The translations under genes and the position numbers were made by a program. From Tubulanus polymorphus (lineage: Eukaryota; Animalia; Nemertea), in the NCBI RefSeq assembly GCF_964204645.1, contig NC_134030.1:17174110-17238109 (forward strand): DNA of 64,000 nt, written 5' to 3'. The notes under the pieces are model-generated. The model did not search any database. It was not told where the DNA came from and saw only the letters and a program-made list of their open reading frames with translations. Numbering within the stretch: the first letter of the stretch is position 1; each line of letters starts with the position of its first letter. Shown one piece after another: positions 27,700 to 40,335 of the stretch.

Positions 27700-28000
27700 G
27701 TAGAAAATTACTAACAGTATCGATCGTGAAAACTCTGAATTGAATATCAAACAAGACATAATAAAAGTATTAGAAATTGAAGGAAAAATCCACAAACCCC
27801 TGCATGTAACACAGTAAGGTGAACGCAAAGACCATGGTACCCGGAGACCTTTACGGGAGATTTTAAGCACCACCACAGAAAAAGAAAGAATTTTGCTGGC
27901 TTTCTTTGAACTACGCAAACGCAAGGATTGTGAATCTAAGGTAGGAATAACTCCGAATTGGACACAAGAATGAAGACGACAATACAAACAAGGAAAAAGT
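27700..28000 (+). pseudogene. Possible CR1/L2-type LINE ORF1 C-terminal fragment
   Basis: GERKDHGTRRPLREILSTTTEKERILLAFFELRK...VGITPNWTQE*RRQYK resembles the RP(L)...K..IL...L...I..D.T..ER pattern of LINE ORF1. Confidence 0.35.
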
Positions 28001-28889
28001 GGTATAGAGGCATGTCATATCATCACCCGAAGTCTGAGAGATGAGGAAGGTAGCATTAACGAACTCAGAATTGGTACCTTAAAGCCAGGAATAAAGAATA
28101 TATTGAGAAATGTTGTCAGGTATAAACCAGACGTTACGTCAGATGATGAATGGATAGACATTAAGGCAAGTGAAACAAGGAGCGGCTCCTCAGCCGAGGA
28201 GTCTGAATCTACAGCCATATCTTTGCCATCCACACCACAGTGCAATCAGTAAAACTTAAAAGCGTGTAGGAATAGATAGAGAGCACTAGTATTTTCAACA
28301 GCAACAAGAGAAAATTATTTTATATAGAAAATTTTAGACAAATCTTTGAGACGTTATGTAGGACTTATAAAATATAGTGGCACCCTCATAAATAACAGTT
28401 TAAGAGGTACTTTAAGTACTTATATCAGAAAGGACATTAAGAATCTTAACTAATGAGGCTGTCTGTACATAGGCCTATGGCCTTCTTTGATGGTAAATAA
28501 TGATATGATATGTGATGAACGTCTCGATCTGCCTACGGAAAGTACAATATTAACGGGTATCAAGGAATCCGCCTATTACCGAATACATTGATCATCAATG
28601 TGTCGATCCACAACATTTTTCCAAGATGGACATTTTGTGGGGAAGGCCCGCAAACTTCGCCCCTTCCGCGCTCGTAGCTGTGCTGCCAGTTGATTCCTCT
28701 AAAGTTAAATTTATTTATTTTTAAGTGACCACTCTTGATTCGCCAACACAACAGGCTGAGTTTAAATGATCTTCTTCAACCAAATAACTCTCCTCATCGA
28801 GCTACATTTTTTGAATATTCATTCTTTTCATCTAGAGATTTACAAGTAGCTGGTGAGCTGACACATGTATTTTAGAATCATTTTTAAAT

Positions 28890-30620
28890 CATCCAAAGTG
28901 CACAAAATAACAAATTGGAGTCGGGGGTTATGTTTATGGGTCTTATGTTTAGTGACACCTATATATAATATACTAAACCTAAGACCTATAAACCTAAGAC
29001 CCTCAAATATCTTGTCTCTGATAAATAAACCAAATTTAAATAGGCCATCGATGGATCATTTTAACTAATATCTATATATTAGAACCATTTTGAATAGTCT
29101 AAAGTACACAAATAATGATTTAGAGTCGGGTCTTAGGTTTATGGGTCTTAGGTTTAGTGACACCTATATATAACATACTAAACCTAAGACCTATAAACCT
29201 AAGACCCTCAAATATCTCGACTCTGATAAATAAACCAGATTTAAATAGGCCATCGATGGATCATTTTAACTAATATCTATATATTAGAACCATTTTGAAT
29301 AGTCTAAAGTACACAAATAATGATTTAGAGTCAGGTCTTAGGTTTATGGGTCTTAGGTTTAGTGACACCTATATATAATATACTAAAACTAAGACCTATA
29401 AACCGAAGACCCTCAAATATCTCGTCTCTGATAAATAAACCAGATTTAAATAGGCCACCGATGGATCATTTTAACTAATATCTATATATTAAAACCATTT
29501 TGAATAGTCTGAAGTACACAAATAATGATTTAGAGTCGTGTCTTAGGTTTATGGGTCTTAGGTTTAGTGACACCTATATATAATATACTAAACCTAAGAC
29601 CTATAAACCTATGACCCTCAAATATCTCGTCTCCGATAAATAAACCAGATTTGAATAGGCCATCGATGGATAATTTTAACTAATCTCTATATATTAGAAC
29701 CATTTTGAATAGTCTAAAGTATACAAATAATTATTTAGAGTCGGGTCTTAAGTTTATGGGTCTTAGGTTTAGTGACACCTATATATAATATACTAAACCT
29801 AAGACCTATAAACCTAAGACCCTCAAATATCTAGTCTCTGATAAATAAACCAAATTTAAATAGGCCATTGATGGATCATTTTAACTAATATCTATATATT
29901 AGAACCATTTTGAATAGTCTAAAGTACACAAATAATGATTTAGAGTCGGGTCTTAGGTTTAGTATATTCTAAACCTAAGACCCATGAACCTAAGACCCTC
30001 AAATATCTCGTCTCTGATAAATAAACCAAATTTAAATAGGCCTTCGATAGATCATTTTAACTAATATCTATATATTAGAACCATTTTGAATAGTCTGAAG
30101 TACACAAATAATGATTTAGAGTCGGGTCTTAGGTTTAGTGACACCTATATATAATATACTAAACCTAAGACCCATAAACCTAATACCCTCAAATATCTCG
30201 TCTCTGATAAATAAACCAAATTTAAATAGGCCATCGATGGATCATTTTAACTAATATCTATATATTAGAACCATTTTGAATAGTCTAAAGTACACAAATG
30301 ATTTAGAGTCGGGTCTTAGGTTTATGGGTCTTAGGTTTAGAGACACCTATATATAATATACTAAACTTAAGACCCATAAACCTAAGACCCTCATCACGTC
30401 TCTGATAAATAAACCAAATTTAAATAGGCCATGGATGATTCATTTTAACTAATATCTATATATTAGAACCATTTTGAATAGTCTAAAGTACACAAACAAT
30501 GATTTAGATTCGGGTCTTATGTTTATGGGTCTTAGGTTTAGTGACACCTATATATGATATACTTAACCTAAGACCCATAAACCTAAGACCCGCCTCTAAA
30601 TCATTATTTGTGTACTTTAG
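28890..30620. repeat. Tandem satellite, 205-bp monomer, about 8.5 copies, each with an internal inverted repeat
   Basis: The anchor (a/g)aagta(c/t)acaaa recurs at 29101, 29306, 29511, 29716, 29921, 30097, 30287 and 30485. Each unit has gggtcttaggtttatgggtcttaggtttagt ... actaaacctaagacc(t/c)ataaacctaagaccc. Confidence 0.95.
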
Positions 30621-31985
30621 CCCCATTTTAGCAAATTTATTTCTCGAAAATGTTGAAAATTGAATTATTCATTACCTCTTTACACTAGCACTCCCCCTAA
30701 GCTTTGGTTACGATATGTTGATGACGTTCTTGCGCATTCCTTGCGAATTTGATATTGATTAATTTCTCTCATTCATTAACTCTTTTTACCCCTTGTTCAA
30801 CTTCACATTTGAATTAGAAGTTGATGGAAAAATACCATTTTGAGATGCGTCCACTCATAGCTGTCGTGTTTTAAATCCTCAATTTATAGATAACCCACTC
30901 ATTCTAGATCCTACTTGCATTATTTTTCCTTTACCACTTATAGCATAAACCTCAGTGTTGCTCAAGGATTATTTCTTCATGCTTTTAGGATTTGCGACAC
31001 CCTTTTTCAAGATGATGAACTCACCAAGATCAGGAATTCCCTTAATAAGTTAGCTTATCCAAACTACCTTTTGAATAAAACTCTTTTTCAAGCCCGTTGC
31101 ACCCATTTTTGTAACAGAAACAGCCCATTGTCATAACTTTTGTTCCTTTTTTGGAAAAATCAAAAACCCCCTTCATCTCCTTAACACACAGCTCGTTTTC
31201 ACTTACAATAATAAACTTAGTCATAACTTAACTCACAATTCCTGCAAAAGGGAACCTTTGAACATTCGTGTATACAAAATACGTTGTAAAGTCTGTAATG
31301 AAATATATATTGATGAAACTGGGCGTGATTTGAACAAGCGCCTCAGAGAACATAAAAATGACGTCAAAAATTTCAAACCCGAGAGTGGAGTAGCTAATCA
31401 TGTTTAGGAAACTAGTCACAATTTTGATTTTGATAATGCCGCTATAATTTTTCCCTGTCCCGATAAAACCAAACGTCACATTATGGAATCTGCGCTTATT
31501 ATTGAAGATATTGATAAACGTGTTAATGTGAATAGCGGTGTTTCTCCTCACAATATTTTGATCTCTAAATTTCTCGCTTCATTTGTACACCCATTATTCT
31601 AATCCCGTTAGATTGTTTTCCTCCGTTTGACACTTCCACTCACTCACTCATTCCTTGGTTATCCCTTTGATGTTCTTGCCTTTTGTTTTTGTCTGATTAC
31701 CCCTTAGTTTGTCTGCGTTTGAACCCTCTGGGATTTGTTTTTAGATTACTTTAATCTCGCACTACATCCCCTACAGTTTGTCGTTTGTTTTCTTTTTCTT
31801 CCTTAGTGTTCCGGTTTTTGTTATTTAATTACTTTAATCTTAATCCTTTAATCTTTATCATTTGTCAAATTCTTGTATAAATATCCTGTTATTTTATTTT
31901 GTTCTCAGTACGCCTGATGATGGCTAACAGTTGTTAGCCGAAACGTTGCTCCTCAAATATTATCATTCTAATATAGAATTTTTCA
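30621..31985 (+). mobile_element. 5'-truncated Penelope-like element (RT plus GIY-YIG endonuclease, degraded) with T-rich 3' UTR and pLTR
   Basis: PILANLFLE; LWLRYVDDVL; FTFELEVDGKIPF; PTHSRSYLHYFS; VYKIRCKVCNEIYIDETGRDLNKRLREHK...NHV...HNFDFDNA...IMESALI. Confidence 0.9.
31911..31950 (+). ncRNA. Minimal type I hammerhead ribozyme core in the Penelope pLTR
   Basis: CTGATGA (31914-31920), t, GGCTAAC-agtt-GTTAGCC stem II, then GAAAC-GTT with the self-complementary AACGTT helix III typical of PLE hammerheads. Helix I is short and weak. Confidence 0.7.
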
Positions 31986-34900
31986 ATCTTGGCTTCGTTA
32001 TTGTGGGATTTCTCTCGCTATCATCATACACGGATATTGTGCATCTTCTCGTCTTATTATCGGAACACCGAGAACAGCAACTAATCGCTGATAAGGTGAC
32101 GGTCCATGGCCTGTCGCTGAAATAACATTTGAAAAAATGTAGTTTTGCCAATATCTGTGGTAAAGGCGAGTAAGTTTAACCTTGGTGTCTGAAAACCAAG
32201 TTTTGGATGCGTAGGGGACTTGTCATGATTTATCAAAGAAACAATCTGGGGAATAATGTTTAATATCTGAGGGTTAATAAAAGTCAGATACCGGCCTAGC
32301 ATTTACATAAAATCCATTAGAATTTTTTACATGATGCCTGTATTGTCAGAAAAGAACCCAGCTTCTGTATTCTACAACGTGCTCCTTTTGATTTAAAATG
32401 AAATACAATTTTTGGAAAACTTCATTGTATTCAAATTTACTAAAATGACATTTCCAAACCGACGACGGTATCCTATCACTCGAGTTCGAAATAAACAAAA
32501 AGTAAGTGAGAACCCTCAGCGAGCTATTTCTGTTTTTCAAACATGAGATGTATAAAGTATGACCAGAGATGCAACCGCATTTCTGAGTCAGCTGTAACGT
32601 GTATTTTTAAATCAATGGCCTACATTTTGTATTCAAAGTCACGGACTCCCAGTGGTCTCAACGAGTTAACTAACAGCATGACAGCCGCAGGCGTTTAAAC
32701 TAGCCTCTGTATAATGCTATAGGAATATGGAGGAGAAAGACTGTTGGTCACTCATTCTCTCAGCGAAGTCATTCGGTTGCTACGAGGAATTTGAACTATT
32801 ATCTTATATTGCTCCGTACGAGGATAAAATGGACAGATCGTCATCGTGTTCAGATTTGGAATCAGACATTACACCTTGACCCCATTTTTCTGGTAAATTA
32901 AAATGAAATTTGTTCTTGATATACATTTATATCAGAGTTTGAGGAATACTTATACGTTTTGTGTTTTGTGAATCTATGACTATTGAATGTTCAAATCAAT
33001 CTGCAATGTTGGAATACGTGGCCTGGACGACATAACACTTTCTAAGATAAGCCAGGGAGCAGATTTATAGACTTTTAAACAACTTTTGAAAAACAATTAA
33101 CCGCAACATGCGATCTTTCCTAATGATTAACATGTTTAAATTAATCTAGCTCATAAATAGAGTCTCTGTTCTCTGATTCACATGGGTAAAAAGACGTTTT
33201 AGCAATATCGTACAATGAAGCGTAAAATTGATATAAAAACCATGTTTTGTTTATTTATTCAGACTGCGTAGTTTTAATGGTCGTATTAAGACCAAGTATG
33301 TGACCTCTTGAAACGCAATTAAGTTTCATTCAATTTGTGTGTAAACATTTTTTTAACAAATCTAAAACCTGAATAGAATGGTGCAATTATATCATTTAAC
33401 ATTTAAATAAACAAATCGGAACATTCATTATATCAGTATATCATTGTAGTTCTCTCAACTTTCATTGGTTTGTAAACACTTAATCAAACTAAACACGAGG
33501 ACCCCGTTACCTGCAGTGTGTATTTGTGCTGAAAGTGCTAACTGGATAGCTTCTTCGAATCCGCAACTTATCCATTCATTGCATTTATAATTAGTAAAGG
33601 AATACGTGATATAACCGATGCGGATACCTATGAATAATTGTTTCAACTCTTTGAAACCGTCGAGCATACGTCAAGCGTACTGTTGCTCTCATGCACACAT
33701 TAAAATATCTGATTATGAGATGATGATGATTGACTGGAGCAGTCAAAATATTTGGATTGGCTTCGTAGTGATTGCAATTTTTTCTCATTTTTTTCCATGG
33801 TGGATATATGAAATCCTGCATTTGAATTTCAGTTGACTTTTCTGGATAGCTGCTATATATGGGATCACAGACCATCTTCCAATTGGGAAATTTGAAGGTA
33901 ATCACGTAAGTCTTTACATCCATCTTATTAATTTATGTCATGATGGTAGTAATATTATTATCGCTTTTGACACAGATGGAGAAATGTCCCTTAGTTCTCC
34001 TTCTCACAGGAAATTATGCAATTCGTTTATGATGTCTTCAAGAAAAATATCAAAGAAAAGTAACAGTCTCTAGGTGATTGAAATTGAAGGTGAACACCAG
34101 ACTTCTTTTTTTGGTGAAAGTGGACTGCTGATGGCATGAAATCCAGATGAGCTGAAGAAAAAATGTGATTCAAAAAACACTTTTAACACTTATATCACTT
34201 CATATCTTGCAATGATGGGTGATGGGTGAAAGTTTGATTGATTGAGTTTTGCTGGTTTAGGTTCTCCTCACACACAGGCACATCCTCAGAACTTTATACT
34301 TTTAATCCAAAATTTTAGAGTAGTCTTCTATTGAGGCATCTTTTTGATATGTATTTATCTCAATGCAAGACACAACTTAAGACATATTCAAGGACTTCAA
34401 ATGGATGACCTTTTACGATAGTCAGCTCAAACTAGCCATGTGTCCAATGCTAGTCCTCTGAAGATCAATTGCATCGATTTAATGTTCTTTCTGACACATT
34501 AAATGGAATGATTTAAAAAAGCGAGCATACTTCTCTCAATGCAAGAAATAAGTATATATATACTGCTGTATCCAAAGACATTTTAATTTCAAGATTCAGC
34601 GTAATAAGTGATTCTTCTGACTTCAATAATCAAGTGAATGTCACTCTGTCGAGTGGTAAAGCTACTTGTACTTTGTAATTAATTGACTGTGGTAATTTGA
34701 TTGCTGTTTGTGAGTATATTGTTGCCTGAGTAAATTAGAGAAATCTGTGCCATTGTTCAAAAAGGCGAATGTTAAAACGAGTATCTATAAGGTTGCCACA
34801 GCGGAAATGAACTTAACTGCTGGTACAAAGGGATACCATGGAGAAAGCGAATAACAAACATTAAACCAGCCTTTCATCAAACATCTCAGAGTTCCGAGGC

Positions 34901-37869
34901 TCTTAGACAGCATGGCAAAGCTACCACCATACCAACCCCAAGTTCGCAATCGGCATCAACCACCTGTACAAGACTGAGTCTATCACAAGACTTATCTATT
35001 GTTAGAGTCAATGGTTAGGCAAAACCTTTGAAGTTGAATAACTTGGTTTGTGTCAGGCGATTACATGTAGGAAGCTTCATGTTGTAAGTTAATGTTAAGT
35101 GTCATCCTCACGACGGAAATCTTAACAATGTTTAAAATTGGTGATGTTTTAAAACTTTAATCTAGATAGAAATTACCAGGGAAATTGTGCAGTTTCAATA
35201 CACCATTAATGTTAAAAGTCTTCCTTGACTTATTTGAATGTGAGAAAAGTGACTCCATTTTAAGATCTAAATCAATTTTAAAAATGTTTCATTTCATTCC
35301 ATATATCTTTAAATCATCAAACATTATACTTCATAAGCATGAAACTTTTATTATGATGAACTTTTAATTGTAATGCCAACTTTCCACTGGTTACCTCTAA
35401 TCAACTTTTTGAGCAACTGGGCCCAGATCTTTTCTCTAGGAAGGAAATGAATGGATATAAAAACGATGGTTCATTCAGACTGCTCAGTTTCACGGTCCGT
35501 ATTAATTTGTTTGTATTAATTATTCCACTTTGTACTTTCCACTTTGTACACGCCTACCAAGGAAGTAAGCTTACCCTAACCCGCAAGGCAAAAATACACT
35601 TTTTGACGTTCTAGACAGTGTATCACATGAACAGCATGCAGTCTAAAGCTAATATAGTAATTTCTCACCTACGCGGTGTGGCAAGACAATGGACTTGTAA
35701 TCTGACAGGAGATGAGATATCTGGTTACTTTCAATTGCTCTAGAGAGTAGGTTCTTGGGCCTAGCTATAGGGCCAAAATTCACCTGGCAGAATTGCAACG
35801 AGTCGACGATAACGCAGGAGTCGCTGAAGGAACAGGTCTAAAATATCTTGATGATAGGAAGGCTGACTTATCCGGATTAAATCCTAAGCAGAAGGAGCGT
35901 CTTTACAGAAACCATTCCAATGAGGCCCTTCCACAAGTTGAGACCCATATATGTAATTGGCCGATCTGGAGCTAGTGAGGTTGACTATCTATGTATATGG
36001 ATACAAGATTTGAAGTTAACATTTTCCAATTTACATGAAAATGTCATCGTTCAATTGCAGAAAAGCAAAGCATTGCGATAAAAGGAATTATGTTGGAAAA
36101 ATATGCAAACAAAATAGACCCTTTAGAAACAGAAAGTCCGATGACATCAATCAGAAAAGAACTTTTAGCCCATAAAATTGATGTTTCGAGCTCAAATTTG
36201 AAGCTGAGAAACAGCAAGCACTATCTGAAGAACTTCTTTCCGGAGTAAAGCAAGTCCCAAGTGTCCCTTTCCATTCAGCAACTGCTTCTCTGGAAGGTTT
36301 ACTTTCAAATGATCACAAAATCGTCGAAATAGAAACTCTTCATGATATCGCAAATATGTCCAATCTAATCATACCCCGGAACATATAGAAAAAGGACCAA
36401 TCTTTTGTCTGAACAAATGTTCATAAACATCCCTTGAATGAGGTAAAACTTAAACTATGAGTGACCCGTTAATATACGGACCAATCAGGACAGAAGCTCC
36501 AAAGTTCTTCAAATTTGAGGCCAGTGCCCGTTACTGACGAAACAAAGTTTATCGATTGATATGGTTTTTATTAATTTCATGATAGAATTGCTTTAAGTAG
36601 CTTACATTTTTACTCAGACAAATCACGACCTACACCGCGGGGCCCGTACTCTATAACTGATACATAAACACAGTGAACACGAGAGTATAGGGCGATATTG
36701 CCTACCTGACTGTACATGACTGTTTTCAACGCGAAGGCTCATCACTGTGCCGCGGTTAACAAACTAATATTAATAATCAGGCTCCATAACGGATCACTAA
36801 TGCTTCAATTAATGATGATAAAACAAGTATTCCAGTTGTGTATATATCAGACTCATCTCTAAAAATCTGATGCTATCAGTAAATCAGCTGTAAATTTCCG
36901 CAATTTGAAACCAGAATTTCGTCAGATATCTTGATGCAAAGTTACCTTACGCACGGGATATCAAAACTACATGAATCATTGAACACATCGCACACAGTAA
37001 ATTGTTATATCATACGCCTTGAGTATCAGTATTCGCGCTAAAAATGATGAATATCAACCTATTCAATCCTGCCGCCATATTGTTTGTGAAATAATGCGCA
37101 CCAGCTGATCTCCTCGTTCAATGTTATGACGTCATGATGGAAGTCAAAGCCGGGTTAACACAAATTTTATATAACCAAGATTTTGAGGGGTTTCGTCTTT
37201 GAAAGCCCATAACTACCGAACAAAACATTGGATTTTCGGTTGCAATCCACTAAGTTCCCTAATAGCTGAAAGCGAAGAAAGGACATTTTGACTGCATGAT
37301 ATTTGTGCTTCAGCAACCCTAATGGCCTGGTTATGTTATCGCAATATTTACTTCACCATCAAACTGAGGGACACAATTGCTATAGACAGGATTCGCTAGC
37401 TATTCAGGTGTCACGAATCAGCAAGGAGACCAAAGTTCTTCATTCTTTCGAAAAAAATATAAATATTACATGGACAAGAGACAATCACAAGTTCAAGGAC
37501 ATTTTCGACGGATATTAGGGGTATGCAGGTTTCATGAGAACGAGCCCGATTAGCAATTTATAATAAATAGCATAGCTGTCATATATGGATCATCAGGGGC
37601 TTGTTAACTGGCTTGGATTTTATTTCCGGGTTGTTGATAATCTCATAAGAATGGCGCTAAATTTGAACTGCAAATAAATTCAAAATATCGAGGAAATACG
37701 TTGTGTTGATATTGTTTATTTATCCGCTATTAAGCTCTGATAAACAATTGGTCGTTAAGGATCATTATCAGGCGGTCGCAACGCCTTACCATATAACAAG
37801 GTCAATTTCTAAAAGAAATATAGCTGCAAAGCAGCGACAACGGGTTTTCTGCTGTCTTAGAATCCTGTT

Positions 37870-38150
37870 CAACGGTGGATTTCGACAAAGCATTTGATAA
37901 GACACAACATCAGCCATTACTTAACAGGCTATTTGGAAACAGTATCAATGATAGGTCACCCAAATGGCTCAGCAGTTATCTCTGAACGAAAACTTGTAGC
38001 CAAAATCAAGAGAACGCCTCATCTCGGAATAATTCGGTCTAACTAGAGGAGTCACGCAAGGTAGTATCCTAAGTCGTCTTCTGTTTAATGTCCTGACAAA
38101 TGACATACACATTAATCCAAAATATACCAGACCGAGTTAATTTCCAAAAC
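37870..38150 (+). pseudogene. Small non-LTR reverse transcriptase fragment
   Basis: VDFDKAFDKTQH..LLNRL and TRGVTQGSILSRLLFNVLTNDI match RT motifs DF.KAFD and GVPQGS.L.P.LF. Confidence 0.6.
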
Positions 38151-38159
38151 GACCTTAAC

Positions 38160-39470
38160 ACACTGTTCGACCAAAAAACTTAATGTTCCGACAAGAAAAT
38201 CTTGTTCGAATGAAAACAATTCTGTTTGATCGAACAATACGCTTTTTGTAATTCAAATAAAAAGCTATGTTATCAGAGATGCTAGGGCCAAAGTACCAAA
38301 ATTCTGGAATTTAGAACGGGGGGTCAGAAAAATTCTCCCCCAGGAAAAATTTTGCGTTTTTGCATCACCGGAGATGCAGTATCACGATCGGCATCTTTCA
38401 TCTGAAAATACGACGGCAGGCATTCGTTGTGCTTCACATCCCTCGCTGCCTTCTTATGCCGCGCGCTATCCGGGTGACAAAAGAATATCTTTTTTCCCGC
38501 CACTACCGTATTTGACCTGGTCTTTACAAACGACGCAGTACGCCACGCCAGCTAAGTCTAACTTACGAATGTAGTTCGATAAGTAGTCCCCGTTACTGTC
38601 CTTACACTCTAGCCAGTGCCAGTTAAATTTATTTTTTATACCGCTGTCAAGTGCCTTTATATTGGCCGACTCCCGACTGACAATCTTTCCGTGCGTGCTC
38701 ATTTTGCAGACCGTCCCGCTTGACAGCTGCAGGCAAAAAAAAAATTACAAAGCTGCGTGCCTCAGGACATAGCACGCGCATGGTTATAATTAAGATGATA
38801 TTTATTAAATATCATCTTAATTATTACCACGTGCATCTTCACATTGTTGGCCGTCAGCGGGACGATGTACAACGGCGCGTAAAGATAATTGGAAATGGCG
38901 TCACAACAGTGGCGCTCCACCTACGCACGCACAGATACCACCACAAGCACACATATATACATTGTAGCAGAACATCCTCGGAAACGGAGACCAAGATAAA
39001 ATAACACAGAAGCGACGACGAGTACAAGCAAACGAACGCTTTTTCGGTCCGTGCCATTACTGGTCGCCGCGAGGAATTCTCACCAAATTTCCGGAATTGA
39101 CATTGGCGAGGCTAAATTTCCGGAATTCCGGAAAACTAGCATCTCTGATGTTATTGTTGAAATGAAAAACTTTTTTTCCGGGCATAAAAATTTGGTTGAA
39201 CGAAAACAATTTTTTCGAACAAATGTTTGAATGATAACAATTCTGTTCGATTGAACGAAATACTTAATACTTTTGGTTCAGAGAAACTTTTTACAATATA
39301 CTTGTTCGAACGAAAAACCTTTCGTTTCGACAAAAAAGTTTGTTCAACTTTGTTCTAACGATTTTTTCAAATTGGTTCAATCGAACAGAATATTATTGGT
39401 TCGAACGAAATAAATTTTGTTCTGACGAAAGAATTTTCAAGCGAAAGGTCTTATGAACGAAAAAAAAGAT
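38160..39470. repeat. Older repeat built of gttcgaacgaaa-like subunits, split by the hAT-like insertion
   Basis: Variants of (t)gttcga(a/t)cgaa(a) recur on both sides (38160-38266 and 39155-39470). Confidence 0.6.
38274..39147 (-). mobile_element. Non-autonomous hAT-like element with a 7-bp TSD (hATw-like) retaining the N-terminal BED-like zinc finger
   Basis: TIR CAGAGATGCTAG / CTAGCATCTCTG; TSD ATGTTAT at 38267-38273 and 39148-39154. Minus-strand ORF 38466-38702: KNKFNWHWLE...YIRKLDLAGVAYCVVCKDQVKYGSGGKKDI. Confidence 0.8.
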
Positions 39471-39496
39471 ATTTCTAGGGCTCCGCAATAACTTAA

Positions 39497-39822
39497 AGCC
39501 GGACGTAGGTCGGCCTTGAGACACAATGCGATCCTCGCGTTGCATCGCAAGTTTCGGTGCAAGTCGATTGCGATACAATTGTCAGTGACTGTGTGTGACT
39601 AGTTTCTGCCAGTCGCAAGGGGCGTAGGTCGGATGTGACAGTCGTGTCGCGTCGCAGAAAGTAGAACACGTGCGACTCCTTGTGACTTGCCTTGCTGACA
39701 GTCGCAACCCGTCGCAAGGGAGCGTAGGTCGATGAGTCGTTGCGACACAATCGTCGCTGCAATCGCAGGGAATGGCGTCGCAGTGAGTCACAAGCCGTCG
39801 CAAGGCCGACCTACGCCCGGCT
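39497..39822. mobile_element. 326-bp Harbinger-type MITE
   Basis: TIR agccgg(a/g)cgtaggtcggccttg(a/c)gac at both ends, TAA TSD, internal gtcgca/tgcgac subrepeats. Confidence 0.85.
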
Positions 39823-40335
39823 TAAGTCATTAGGAATTAATGAAATACCAGTTTCATTTATGATAAAAAAACTCAAATGAAAAGTCTTGCTTATAAAGCT
39901 GACTGCTCAGACGAAATTTTCAAAAAAATCTTCATTTTTAGCAATAAAATTGATAATTGTGATTAATCGTTGCAAGTCACAACCAGTTAATCACTAATTA
40001 ACATGCATTTTAATAAATCTGATTCCTCCTTTACAGTGAATTTAGCTTTAAAGGGTAACTGACACTTTTTTTTTTATTTCAAAATTCGATAAGTTCTATC
40101 GAACTAAGGAAGACTTTGAAATAGTTCTGTTCAAAAATGTGTAGTTTCCGCGAAAATCGTGATTTTGTAAGACAATTTTTGACCTCATTTCGTTGTATAC
40201 ATCGCGTTAGAAATCATCGGCAATTTCCGTCGATCTCCGGCGCTGTGACGTCAATAAAGTGAGCACTGAAAATTCTCTTCTATGAGATAACGTTGCGTTT
40301 TTACTACTCGGCGTGTTTTCACTGCTTTTTCTCAA

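Noticed and set aside
28500-28800. Minus-strand LINE endonuclease fragment (FNFRGINW)
   Set aside because: Only one short motif; too weak to call.
28920-30590. Telomeric repeats (ttagg)
   Set aside because: TTAGG occurs only inside a 15-bp subrepeat of the satellite, not as a tandem tract.
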